DNA of 64,000 bases from Akkermansiaceae bacterium UBA956 (GTDB lineage Bacteria > Verrucomicrobiota > Verrucomicrobiia > Verrucomicrobiales > Akkermansiaceae), in assembly GCA_002293145.1 (NCBI GenBank), contig DBCO01000010.1, positions 217,759 through 281,758 of the forward strand, written 5' to 3'. Positions 36,089 to 44,721 of the stretch are shown in pieces (the first letter of the stretch is position 1; the number at the start of each line of letters is the position of its first letter). A model generated the notes under the pieces. The model was not told the DNA's origin. It was given only the letters and a program-made list of their open reading frames with translations, and ran no database searches. The position numbers and the translations under genes were made by a program.

Positions 36089-37870
36089 ATGAAGAAGTTG
36101 CTAGGATGGTTTACGGTCTTGCTTTGCTGCGTAGCGCATGCGGAATCGCGCATTCTGTGGCAGTGTCTTCATGATTATCATACGATCGAAGAGCCCCAAG
36201 ACGCGGGGCGACAAGACCGCAGGCGAGTCAATCCTTTCCTTTCCTACACCAACATCGGCACAGACTTTGGATTTGTGGGGCCAGCCGAAAAAAAAATTGG
36301 TTGGCAGAGTGGTCAGATTGGCGTGACATTGGGAAATCACCCTGATGAATGGGCGGGGATGTGGCACTCGATGTCGCGCCTCGCGCGCATGCCCGAGTAT
36401 GTGATCAATTGCTCTGCTTTTTATCCAGCTCCCATTCAGGCTGCATTTCAGCCGAAGATGACAGGCATCCGCGTGCGCTTGCGTGGCACGGGGAAGTGGA
36501 AGATTGAATTGGTCTGCGCGAGAAATCAAGTTTTGTGGAGCGAGACGCGCGAGATTATGCAGCCGACCTTTCAGGATGAAATTTTCGAACTGCCATACGC
36601 CGAGTTGCAAGCAGTGAAGATGTGCAACTGGATCGCAGAACCTGGCGCGGACATTGATGTGGATCGGATCGATTTCAGAATTGTCACGCCAGACGTTACG
36701 CCAGAGACGTGGTTTTTTCTGGCATCGTATGCGAAGGCGCTGATCTGTTGGTCGCCCAGCACAGGCTTGGTGCGGGATCGTGCGCACATAGATGACGCAA
36801 ACTTTGATTCGGTATCGGCCACGGGGCTGTTTTGTCTTGCTACGGCTGCGGCCGCTGATGAGGGCATCGTGACCAAAGATTTCGCGCTCGCGATAGTGCG
36901 CAAGGCTCATGAGGTGATGAGGCCATTGCGCGGACCGTATCAACTGCTACCACATTTTGTGCGCCGCAATGAAGCTGGAGTCTTAGCGCGCCACCAAGGC
37001 ACGGAGTTTTCCACCATTGATACGAGTTTGTTTTACCTGAGTCTGATCATTGCTGCGGAGATGTTAGGCGATGATGTATTGGGCCAGAGCCTGATGCGTG
37101 ATGTGAAGGAGATTCCCGTTCGCGCACTGATCGATGATGAGGGCTTCTTATCTCATGGGGTGATGGCTGACGAAAAAACCATCATTCCCTTTGTGTGGAA
37201 AGATTGGGGTGGTGAAAGCGCTCTCGCTTTGATCTTGATGAAAGTTTCCGCACCTGATCTGCTAGGAAAAATGTTGCCGACCGCTCGTCCTCATCAAGGC
37301 ACGGGTTTCATTGCGGAAATTCAATCGTTGTTGTTTCCGCAATTTGATTCGATGCAGCCTGATGCAATCTCAGGCGCGAACTGGAATGAGGTGCGCAGGA
37401 AGTTATTGATCGATCAGAAAAACTATCTTCCCGATCATCATCCTGATCATCCCTTCAGCGCATTGCAGTTCTTCGGCTTCTCTGCCGGTGAGCAATACCA
37501 TGGCAAAGGCTATGCAGTAGGGGGGGTTGATCTTCCTGATCAGATGTTGTTGCATCCGCATTACATCTTGATGTCAGCTCCACTAGCAGATGATCCGCAA
37601 GCCTTCATCGCGCTGATGAAACGCCTAGAGCAACAGCAAGTATTCACGCCATTGGGTATGGTAGAAAACGTAGCACTGAAAGATCAGAGCACCTTGTCGA
37701 TGATTGGTTCGCTCAATGCATGCTTTGAGGCGCTGGGTGCCTATCACTTTTTGATTCGTTGCACGAAAAAAGACAATGTGATCTACGATGCAGCTCGCGC
37801 GGTGCCTGAGTTGAATGTTGCGTTAGAAAAATTCTATCCAACATCGCCATCGTCATCGCCTATCAAATAA
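36089..37870 (+). CDS. secreted hypothetical protein, possibly an (alpha/alpha)6 glycoside-hydrolase-like fold
   Basis: Signal peptide MKKLLGWFTVLLCCVAHA. The C-terminal half has helix-rich segments (SATGLFCLATAAAADEG, FSTIDTSLFYLSLIIAAEML, WGGESALALILM) that remind me of DUF3131/GH144-type glycoamylase-like domains. This is unverified. Confidence 0.45.
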   Translation: MKKLLGWFTVLLCCVAHAESRILWQCLHDYHTIEEPQDAGRQDRRRVNPFLSYTNIGTDFGFVGPAEKKIGWQSGQIGVTLGNHPDEWAGMWHSMSRLARMPEYVINCSAFYPAPIQAAFQPKMTGIRVRLRGTGKWKIELVCARNQVLWSETREIMQPTFQDEIFELPYAELQAVKMCNWIAEPGADIDVDRIDFRIVTPDVTPETWFFLASYAKALICWSPSTGLVRDRAHIDDANFDSVSATGLFCLATAAAADEGIVTKDFALAIVRKAHEVMRPLRGPYQLLPHFVRRNEAGVLARHQGTEFSTIDTSLFYLSLIIAAEMLGDDVLGQSLMRDVKEIPVRALIDDEGFLSHGVMADEKTIIPFVWKDWGGESALALILMKVSAPDLLGKMLPTARPHQGTGFIAEIQSLLFPQFDSMQPDAISGANWNEVRRKLLIDQKNYLPDHHPDHPFSALQFFGFSAGEQYHGKGYAVGGVDLPDQMLLHPHYILMSAPLADDPQAFIALMKRLEQQQVFTPLGMVENVALKDQSTLSMIGSLNACFEALGAYHFLIRCTKKDNVIYDAARAVPELNVALEKFYPTSPSSSPIK

Positions 37871-38147
37871 ATTTCTGTTAGAAAAAATATTTTTCTCAAT
37901 TCCTAGAATTCTAGTACTTTGATGTTGACATGATCGAGTAATTTGATTAATTGTGATTCATTGCTGGCACGCAATTTGATTATGCAACTGGTTCTGAGCC
38001 TGATAAATCAATCACTCTGCAAGTTTTTTGTTAGAAAAAACATTGCAGCTGCGACGCCGCGTGATTCGATTTTTTTCATGCTGAATGATTCGCCGCGTGC
38101 TGATGACAATCTTATCGAATCCCGTGCATGGGTTCATTCTTTTTATT

Positions 38148-38176
38148 TTGATGCAACGTTCCTCACGTTGCGTCAA
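38148..38176 (+). promoter_or_regulatory. 12-bp stem hairpin in the long AT-rich region upstream of the H1-like gene
   Basis: TTGATGCAACGT (38148-38159) pairs with ACGTTGCGTCAA (38165-38176), including one G-U pair, across the 5-nt loop TCCTC. It lies 125 nt upstream of the ATG at 38301. Confidence 0.3.
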
Positions 38177-38300
38177 ATGTTTGTTCCTTTCATGTCAGGC
38201 ATCACTTACCGTGTTGCTCCTCTAGCATGGCAAAGCTTTCCACTGTCAATTGGTTGTCAGATGGAAAAACCAACAACATAAACCACAACACAATACACAT

Positions 38301-38582
38301 ATGGCCGCAAAAAAAGCCGCAAAGAAAGCCGCAGTGAAAAAAGCTGCACCAGCCAAAAAAGCACCAGCCAAAAAAGCCGCTGCTAAGAAAGCTGCACCAG
38401 TGAAGAAAGCTGTTGCCAAGAAGGCACCAGCGAAAAAAGCAGCACCTGCTAAGAAGGCAGCACCAGCGAAAAAAGCTGCACCTGCTAAGAAAGCTGCACC
38501 TGCTAAGAAAGCAGCACCAGCCAAAAAAGCAGCACCAGCGAAAAAAGCTGCACCTGCTAAGAAGACAGCTAAGAAAAACTAA
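38301..38582 (+). CDS. histone H1-like Lys/Ala-repeat DNA-binding protein (Hc1/Hc2- or AlgP-tail-like)
   Basis: 93 aa from the ATG at 38301. The sequence MAAKKAAKKAAVKKAAPAKKAPAKK... contains about 8 consecutive AAPAKK units and ends TAKKN. The antisense ORFs are Phe/Cys/Ala-rich artefacts. Confidence 0.75.
   Translation: MAAKKAAKKAAVKKAAPAKKAPAKKAAAKKAAPVKKAVAKKAPAKKAAPAKKAAPAKKAAPAKKAAPAKKAAPAKKAAPAKKAAPAKKTAKKN
38305..38575 (+). repeat. coding tandem repeat, 18-nt period (AAPAKK units)
   Basis: Alternating gcagcaccagcgaaaaaa and gctgcacctgctaagaaa units. All are in frame within the H1-like CDS. Confidence 0.85.
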
Positions 38583-38731
38583 CACATGTGGTGAATTTCT
38601 CTGCTGCTTGGTCTCAGCATCGGTGTATGTCGATCACGGATCACAGCAGGGAAATGCCACTTCACAAGCGAGAGTCGCTCGAGGATGTTTTCTTGCCGAA
38701 GGCATACGCACTCAGGCGTCTCTCGCTTTTT

Positions 38732-39589
38732 TTAAAGAATCGCTGCGAGATTGCGAAGTAAGAGTGGCCGCAGGCGTCCCATGATCTCGTCGGCACTTAC
38801 TCCCGCGGCGCGCATGCTACGCAACGATAGAGCATCGTGCCTTTTCGCCAGACGTTTGCCTTGATGATCGCAGACTAACTCGTGATGAAGATACAGTGGC
38901 CGCACTAAGCCTAACAAATGTTGCAGCAGGCAATGCACATGAGTGGATGACAAGAGATCTTCGCCACGCGTGACGTGGGTGACGTTCTGCACGGCATCAT
39001 CGATCACGACGGCAAGGTGATAGGCGACACCAATGTCCTTGCGTGCGAGGACCACATCACCAAGTAAGTTGGCATCGATGCGTGTGCTGCCATATCGAAG
39101 ATCATCAAAGCTGGCATCGCCGATCATAGCGGCGGCTTTGTGGGCATGGAGTCGCCACGCAAAGCCGGGGCGGATGAGCATATTTTTCTCGCGTTCGGCA
39201 GCACTGAGCTCTCGGCAGGTTCCTGGATAGAGTAATGCTTCGGTTTCGTCACCTTGTTGCGGCGCGGATGTCATTGCCTGAATTTCCTTGCGGGTACAAA
39301 AGCAGGGATAGATGAGATCGATTTCTTGGAGCTGGTTGAGTGCTTCTTGGTAGGCTGCCATACGATCTAGCTGACGCCATGGGGTGCCCTGCCACGTAAT
39401 GCCTAACCAATGCAAGTCTTCTTCGATGGCACCATAGTATTCCTCGCGCACGCGACTTGTATCAATATCCTCCATGCGCAGCAGCATGTGGCCACCAATG
39501 GCGCGCGCGGTCTCATGCGCTGCTGCTGCAGCTAATGCATGACCGAGGTGCAGATGGCCGGTGGGACTCGGCGCGAAGCGAGTGATCAT
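38732..39589 (-). CDS. gluQ: glutamyl-Q tRNA(Asp) synthetase
   Basis: ITRFAPSPTGHLHLGHA (HIGH), LLRMEDIDTSR, YPCFCTRKEI...YPGTCR (Zn cluster), VAYHLAVVIDDAVQNVTHVTRGEDL. It is a truncated GluRS-like protein of 285 aa. Confidence 0.9.
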   Translation of the reverse strand: MITRFAPSPTGHLHLGHALAAAAAHETARAIGGHMLLRMEDIDTSRVREEYYGAIEEDLHWLGITWQGTPWRQLDRMAAYQEALNQLQEIDLIYPCFCTRKEIQAMTSAPQQGDETEALLYPGTCRELSAAEREKNMLIRPGFAWRLHAHKAAAMIGDASFDDLRYGSTRIDANLLGDVVLARKDIGVAYHLAVVIDDAVQNVTHVTRGEDLLSSTHVHCLLQHLLGLVRPLYLHHELVCDHQGKRLAKRHDALSLRSMRAAGVSADEIMGRLRPLLLRNLAAIL

Positions 39590-39603
39590 AATCGGGGGAT
39601 TTT

Positions 39604-40632
39604 CTAACCGATGAGCTTGCGTGCCGCGTCGTGGAATGCTGCGGAGGCCTTGCTGGTAGCGGGAGAAAGCAATGCGACGGGTGAGCCGCTGTCGCCGCCT
39701 TGGCTAATGGGAACTTGGATGGGGATTTGTGCGAGCAAGGGAACGCGAATGCGCTCGGCTTCACGCACGCCGCCATTTTCACCGAAGAGGTAGTATTTTT
39801 GGCCAGCATCACACTCGAACCACGACATGTTTTCAATGAGACCGAGGATGGGCACATTTACCTTGGCAAACATGCTCACGGCCTTGCGAGCATCGATCAG
39901 TGCGACTTCTTGTGGCGTGGTAACGATGACGGCACCGTGGAGAGATACCGTTTGCACGATGGTCAGCTGGATATCCCCGGTACCAGGCGGGAGATCGAGG
40001 ATCAAATAATCGAGTTCACCCCACGCGACTTGGCGCAAGAATTGCTGGGTGTAGCGGGTGGCTAGCGGACCACGGACGATGACGGGCGAGCGTTCTTCTA
40101 ACAAAAGGCCCATCGACATGATAAGAATGCCGTTGGTCTCAATGGGGATGATTTCATCCCTTTCATTGGCCATGGGTTTTTCGTGACAACCAAACATCAT
40201 CGCGATTGATGGTCCGTAGAGATCACAATCGCAGAGTCCGACTTTTGCTCCCGTAGCAGCGAGGGCTAGTGCGAGATTGGATGCGACTGTAGATTTGCCA
40301 ACGCCGCCTTTGCCAGAAGCTACGGCGATGACTTTCTTGATACCAGGAATGGATGAACTGCCTGCTTGGGTGGCCGGAGTCTGAGTGCTGGGATCTTTGA
40401 CATCGATTTCGACCTTTACTTGGATGAATCCAGGGAGCTGATCGAGTACCTCGTGACAGTTTTTGAAAATTTGTTGAGGGATTTCTGCCTCGCGGGTTTG
40501 GATCTCGATGCGGACGTGGAGAACTTTGTTCTCGATGGAGATATCCTTGACGAGGCCGAAGGAAACAATGTCGCGGGAAAAGCCGGGGTAACGAACCGTG
40601 CGCAAGGCATCGCGGATGAGGTCAACTGTCAT
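39604..40632 (-). CDS. apbC: Mrp/NBP35-family iron-sulfur cluster carrier ATPase
   Basis: N-terminal DUF59-like region, deviant Walker A IAVASGKGGVGKSTVASNLA, DCDLYGPS, and LILDLPPGTGD. Confidence 0.9.
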   Translation of the reverse strand: MTVDLIRDALRTVRYPGFSRDIVSFGLVKDISIENKVLHVRIEIQTREAEIPQQIFKNCHEVLDQLPGFIQVKVEIDVKDPSTQTPATQAGSSSIPGIKKVIAVASGKGGVGKSTVASNLALALAATGAKVGLCDCDLYGPSIAMMFGCHEKPMANERDEIIPIETNGILIMSMGLLLEERSPVIVRGPLATRYTQQFLRQVAWGELDYLILDLPPGTGDIQLTIVQTVSLHGAVIVTTPQEVALIDARKAVSMFAKVNVPILGLIENMSWFECDAGQKYYLFGENGGVREAERIRVPLLAQIPIQVPISQGGDSGSPVALLSPATSKASAAFHDAARKLIG

Positions 40633-40713
40633 AAATTAAAGTGCTACCCCAATAAAGCCGCGATTGCCGTGTGTGGCAACGGGAATTTTTCCTGATAGTT
40701 CTAGAAGAAATGA

Positions 40714-41280
40714 TTAAGGTTTTTCTTCAGCCTTCACCTCAGGTTTTTTTTCGCCTTTTGGAACGTAGATGAGGGTGACGCCGTTGATGCAATAGCGTTG
40801 GTCTTTGGGTGTGTCGAAGGCTTCACCGTAGAACAAGTGACCGAGGTGGCCCTTGCATTTGGTGCATACGACCTCGGTGCGGATCATGCCGTGGCTGAGA
40901 TCTTGCTTGAGGGTGACATTTTTGTTGTTGCTAGCATCGTAGAACGATGGCCAACCGCAGTGTGAATCAAATTTATGATCGGAGGAGAACAATTCAGCAC
41001 CGCAGCCAGCGCAGTAGTAGGTACCTTCTTTTTGTTCTTTGAATTGCTTGTAGGTGGCGGAGTTTGCGGGCTCGGTACCGGCTTGGCGCAGCACGCGGTA
41101 TTGCTCGGGGGTGAGAACTTTTTTCCACTCCTCTTCGGTTTTTGTGACCTCCTCCTTGGGCGCTCCAGGTGCTTTTTCTAGTGTTTTCATAACTTCTTTT
41201 TTGCCTTGTTCTTGGGCGATGCCGGTTGCGACCAAAAGACCAATGGCTATGATGATGGTGCTTAACATGGTAACTTTCAT
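40714..41280 (-). CDS. msrB: peptide-methionine (R)-S-oxide reductase, exported or membrane-anchored
   Basis: N-terminal hydrophobic signal. YYCAGCGAELFSSDHKFDSHCGWPSF and RTEVVCTKCKGHLGHLF (two CxxC pairs plus the catalytic region). Confidence 0.92.
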   Translation of the reverse strand: MKVTMLSTIIIAIGLLVATGIAQEQGKKEVMKTLEKAPGAPKEEVTKTEEEWKKVLTPEQYRVLRQAGTEPANSATYKQFKEQKEGTYYCAGCGAELFSSDHKFDSHCGWPSFYDASNNKNVTLKQDLSHGMIRTEVVCTKCKGHLGHLFYGEAFDTPKDQRYCINGVTLIYVPKGEKKPEVKAEEKP

Positions 41281-41310
41281 AAATGCAATATGGTGGGAAT
41301 TGTGAAGAAA

Positions 41311-42177
41311 TCAAATGAGACGTTCAAGAATTTTGCCAAGATCGGCGATTTTTTGCGATGGCCATAGCATGCGAGGTGTCATGATGGCGCCATCGAGCGA
41401 GCGATGCTCGGGCCAATCGGGTATCAGAGGAATGGCGGGAACAGCTGTGGCTATGATGCTTTTCGCAGCACTGACGTTGGCGTGGAGGTGGCCCATCACG
41501 GCCTCGGCACTAACGGGCTCTTCTTCTTTTTTCCAGCAATCATAATCAGTAATCATAGCGAGGGTAGCGAGAGCGATCTCGGCCTCGCGTGCGAGCTTTG
41601 CTTCGGGTAGATTGGTCATGCCGATAACATCGAATCCTAGTTGTCGATTCACTTCACTCTCGGCGCGAGTGGAAAAGGCGGGGCCATCCATGTTGACATA
41701 GGTTCCGCCATCGTGAACGTGAAGTTGGTGTTGGCGTGCGGCATCGTGTAAGATGTGGCGAAGTCCGTAGCTAACAGGATCGGCGAAGCTGACATGGCCG
41801 ACGATGCCTCTACCGAAGAATGTGTGGTGTTCGCGGCGGCTAGTGCGGTCAAAAAATTGATCGGGCAAAACGACGTGGCGAGGGGCGTATTCCTCGCGCA
41901 AACTTCCGACGGCGGTCACGCAAATAAGATAGCGGACGCCGACACTGCGCAGTGCCCAGATGTTGGCGCGATGATTGATTTCTGTAGGTAGCAGGCGATG
42001 TCCGCGCCCATGGCGAGGCAGGAACCACACTGGGCGGCCTGACATTTCACCGCCGACGAGCGCGTCGCTAGGCATGCCGAATGGGGTCTCGATCACGCAT
42101 TCTTCGGTTTGCGTGAAGCCATCCATTTCATACAGACCACTGCCGCCTATGACGCCGATTGCTGCTGTGTCGCTCAT
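41311..42177 (-). CDS. mtnP: S-methyl-5'-thioadenosine phosphorylase
   Basis: IGVIGGSGLYEM, FLPRHGRGHRLLPTEINHRANIWALRSVGV, and YVNMDGPAFSTRAES...IGMTNLPEAKLAREAE...TDYDCW. The ATG at 42177 (MSDTAAIGVIGG) gives 288 aa. The track over-extends to 42387. Confidence 0.9.
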   Translation of the reverse strand: MSDTAAIGVIGGSGLYEMDGFTQTEECVIETPFGMPSDALVGGEMSGRPVWFLPRHGRGHRLLPTEINHRANIWALRSVGVRYLICVTAVGSLREEYAPRHVVLPDQFFDRTSRREHHTFFGRGIVGHVSFADPVSYGLRHILHDAARQHQLHVHDGGTYVNMDGPAFSTRAESEVNRQLGFDVIGMTNLPEAKLAREAEIALATLAMITDYDCWKKEEEPVSAEAVMGHLHANVSAAKSIIATAVPAIPLIPDWPEHRSLDGAIMTPRMLWPSQKIADLGKILERLI

Positions 42178-42217
42178 GGAGTGGTTATGGCAAAATGTAG
42201 CGGCTTTGGCAAGGCTG

Positions 42218-43609
42218 TCATTTTTTGTTAGATGAGCGACGCTTCCATTGGGCACTGAGAGAGAGGGGATTGGTGTCGTTTTCGGGACGAGGAAATAGGA
42301 TGAAGTCATCACCGAGGATCGGCATGTAGCGAGAATCGGAGACAAGTTCGAATTCCTCGGGGTTGATCCTTTCGGGCAAAAAGGCAACGAATGGTCGTCC
42401 GCCGCGCTGGGAGCCGTTGATGTCGATGGTGAGGTAGCTGCTTTCCTGGTTGAGAGGGGTAATTTCTAACAAAATGTTGTCGGCGCTTTGAGTGAGTTTT
42501 TGCGAAAACCACAAAGAATGTGGTTGTGCGGCCATGCTGGCTGACCAAGCGGGATCGCCGTAGAATGCGACCATATCACGATCGAAGAGTAGGCCTTTGC
42601 GATCCATCTCGCTGAGATTTTTTTGCGCTGCGAGGCGATGAATCAGGGCGTGTTGGTTGGCGACAAATGCTTCCACAAACGTGAAGCGTGTAGGTTGTTC
42701 ATAGAAATAATCCAACAAGCCCCAGCCCATGTAGCCATACCATGTGGGTTCTAGATAGCCTGCCATTTGTCGCACTCCTGCGCTATGCATCCATGCGAGC
42801 GCCATGGCATCAGGGCCATCGATTTGTCCCATCAGGCAGTTGCCACAGGGGAGGTAGATTTTCGGTGTATCGCTGCGCACGGGGTGTTCTTTTTTGGTGA
42901 GTTCCAGTCCGTAAAGCACACCATCGCGACTGTGAAATGTGCCATTTTTGTAGCTATAGCCGGGTTGCCAATCGCGGGTAGTGGCATGGCCTGAGGTGAC
43001 GATGAATTGGGTGCGCGGATCTGCAAATGCTTGAGCCAATGCAGCGATGCTATCATCGGCCCGCAAGGGGATTTCTTGATTATCACCACCGTCTATTTTA
43101 AGACTATGTCGCCGCGCGGTAAGTTCATCGAAACATTCCACTTCTTTGCCGAAGCTTGTGGGAATTCGGGTGGCGGAAACGGTGCGCTCGATGATGAGTG
43201 GCTTTTTCTCTTGCACGATGCGCATGGCGTCAGCTGCCGTACGTCCGGTAATCACTCCCCAGCGCACATCGAGATAAGGATCGGCATCGATTTGGCGCAG
43301 CATCGGTTGCAATTTTTGGAGCACCTTGCTGCCTACTTGTGAGGGTTGACCGACGATGGCCACAAAGCGTGGTTGTTGTTTTTGCAAGGCGGGAAGAGCT
43401 TCGTTGAGCGAGTTCTCGCACACTATCAACTGGGCCTGGTGCTTTACCTTAAGGGCATCGATGACTTCTTTCCATTCCTTAGTCGAAACCGTATTTTTCC
43501 AAGTGATGATGCTGTATTGCTTCTGTGCAGTTATTTCCTCTTGCGCAAAAGCAGTGGAAAGTAGCGCAGTTGTTAGCTGCAACAGGCGCGTAGCGATGAG
43601 TATTTTCAT
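42218..43609 (-). CDS. secreted hypothetical protein, possible caspase/gingipain-like His-Cys fold
   Basis: Signal peptide MKILIATRLLQLTTALLSTAFAQ. His context FIVTSGHATTRDW and Cys context IYLPCGNCLMGQIDG are spaced as in clan-CD peptidases. This is speculative. Confidence 0.45.
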   Translation of the reverse strand: MKILIATRLLQLTTALLSTAFAQEEITAQKQYSIITWKNTVSTKEWKEVIDALKVKHQAQLIVCENSLNEALPALQKQQPRFVAIVGQPSQVGSKVLQKLQPMLRQIDADPYLDVRWGVITGRTAADAMRIVQEKKPLIIERTVSATRIPTSFGKEVECFDELTARRHSLKIDGGDNQEIPLRADDSIAALAQAFADPRTQFIVTSGHATTRDWQPGYSYKNGTFHSRDGVLYGLELTKKEHPVRSDTPKIYLPCGNCLMGQIDGPDAMALAWMHSAGVRQMAGYLEPTWYGYMGWGLLDYFYEQPTRFTFVEAFVANQHALIHRLAAQKNLSEMDRKGLLFDRDMVAFYGDPAWSASMAAQPHSLWFSQKLTQSADNILLEITPLNQESSYLTIDINGSQRGGRPFVAFLPERINPEEFELVSDSRYMPILGDDFILFPRPENDTNPLSLSAQWKRRSSNKK

Positions 43610-43619
43610 AAATGGGGTA

Positions 43620-43638
43620 AATGGGGTCAGTCCTTGGA
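43620..43638 (-). repeat. 19-bp repeat copy 1 (reverse orientation): TCCAAGGACTGACCCCATT
   Basis: Read directly from the sequence. It overlaps the last codons and stop (ISKD*) of the Y1/HUH gene. Confidence 0.9.
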
Positions 43639-44640
43639 TATTAGTATTTTTTCATAGTGCCTGATCAATTTGATTCCTTCTTTACTCTCTTGATAGAATT
43701 TTGCGATTTTGCTCATACCCGCAGGATGACCCATTGCTAGGCGCTTGGCAATCCATTCGTTGCTCACTGCACAGTGTTTTTTTACCATCGCTGCGAGTAG
43801 GGCTTTCTGCCAAACTCCTTTGCGCTGCTGCGCTAGAAATTCTCGATCCACATTGTATGCCATTTCTACTCCTAACAATTGAATCACATGCTCAGCATCA
43901 GCCTCTTTGTGTGCTTTGACTACTGGTCCTGACACAGAACCTTTTTTGATCAACTTTCCTGCCACGTCATTGATCTGATTCACTAATTGATCGCGAAATC
44001 CATCACTCCCCAAATACCAACCCTTTCTCAACTCGCGCATCGCCTCATCACTCAAATCACCGCCATTTTCTTCGGCTCGGCGTTGGAGATAAGCGACATA
44101 GGCCTTGCGTCCCCGATGCCGGAGATCGAGATGAAATGCGTCGAGCACGCGCTCCGTATGTAGCCATTTCGGTCCTTTTCCACTCTCATACGCTGGCAAA
44201 CTACTCCATGCGTAGGATGTCAATGGTTCACCTGTGAGCAATTTCGCGCGGGCCGGATTGAGGTGAATGTAGTCTGCCGTCACGCGAAAGTAACTACCAT
44301 CGGCTGCACGTTCGCCCGAGACGGGAATGGATTTATAGCGCCCTTGGAACACGTGACCACGACGTTGATGCCGTGCATTCCACCCTTGGCTGAACGTTCC
44401 CATCAAATAACGCATTCCATCCACAAGATTGGGTTCAGGAGTTTCCAAGAGCAGGTGAAAATGATTCGACATCAGGACATAGGCATGCACTTTCCAGCCA
44501 CAGCGCTCACAAACTTCCGCAAGTCGGAAGAAAAAGCCCTTGGCATCTTCTTCCTCGAGAAATATTCGTTTCCCACCATCTCCACGTGCCATCACATGAT
44601 ACGTAGCACCAGCATATTCAAAGCGTAACGGTCGAGCCAT
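43627..44640 (-). CDS. IS200-like / REP-associated (RAYT-like) Y1 HUH transposase-family protein with C-terminal HTH region
   Basis: HUH motif in VLMSNHFHLLLETP. Catalytic Tyr context TADYIHLNPARAKL. N-terminus RFEYAGATYHVMARG. The ~150-aa C-terminal extension (..KALLAAMVKKHCAVSNEWIAKRLAMGHPAGMSKI..) looks like a DnaA-C-type HTH. Confidence 0.8.
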   Translation of the reverse strand: MARPLRFEYAGATYHVMARGDGGKRIFLEEEDAKGFFFRLAEVCERCGWKVHAYVLMSNHFHLLLETPEPNLVDGMRYLMGTFSQGWNARHQRRGHVFQGRYKSIPVSGERAADGSYFRVTADYIHLNPARAKLLTGEPLTSYAWSSLPAYESGKGPKWLHTERVLDAFHLDLRHRGRKAYVAYLQRRAEENGGDLSDEAMRELRKGWYLGSDGFRDQLVNQINDVAGKLIKKGSVSGPVVKAHKEADAEHVIQLLGVEMAYNVDREFLAQQRKGVWQKALLAAMVKKHCAVSNEWIAKRLAMGHPAGMSKIAKFYQESKEGIKLIRHYEKILISKD

Positions 44641-44690
44641 GGCCTTAATTTAAATGCAATCTGTAAAAACTCAATAAAAAAATGCGCATT

Positions 44691-44709
44691 TCCAAGGACT
44701 GACCCCATT
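44691..44709 (+). repeat. 19-bp repeat copy 2: TCCAAGGACTGACCCCATT
   Basis: Read directly from the sequence. It is preceded by the palindrome AAATGCGCATTT (44680-44691) and followed by a second CCCCATT. Confidence 0.9.
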
Positions 44710-44721
44710 CCCCATTCGTGC

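Larger units (their letters stand above)
43611..44716. mobile_element. REPtron-like unit: Y1/HUH transposase-like gene bracketed by inverted repeats
   Basis: Left end is AATGGGG-TA-AATGGGGTCAGTCCTTGGA (43611-43638). Right end is TCCAAGGACTGACCCCATT-CCCCATT (44691-44716). The 19-bp core is a perfect inverted repeat. The unit fills exactly the gap between the queF stop (44722) and the start of the 463-aa gene (43609). Confidence 0.5.

Noticed and set aside
36101-36943. 280-aa Arg-rich ORF on the minus strand
   Set aside because: Antisense to the 593-aa signal-peptide protein. Its Arg/Pro/His-rich composition is typical of out-of-frame reading.
38305-38575. Regular 18-nt periodic repeats that could superficially resemble a CRISPR array
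   Set aside because: There are no unique spacers. The repeats are contiguous, in frame and encode the H1-like protein. I saw no CRISPR array anywhere in the window.
38202-38585. 127-aa and 92-aa Cys/Phe/Ala-rich repetitive ORFs on the minus strand
   Set aside because: These are reverse-complement readings of the AAPAKK-coding tandem repeat. The plus-strand Lys/Ala product is biologically sensible and the antisense products are not.
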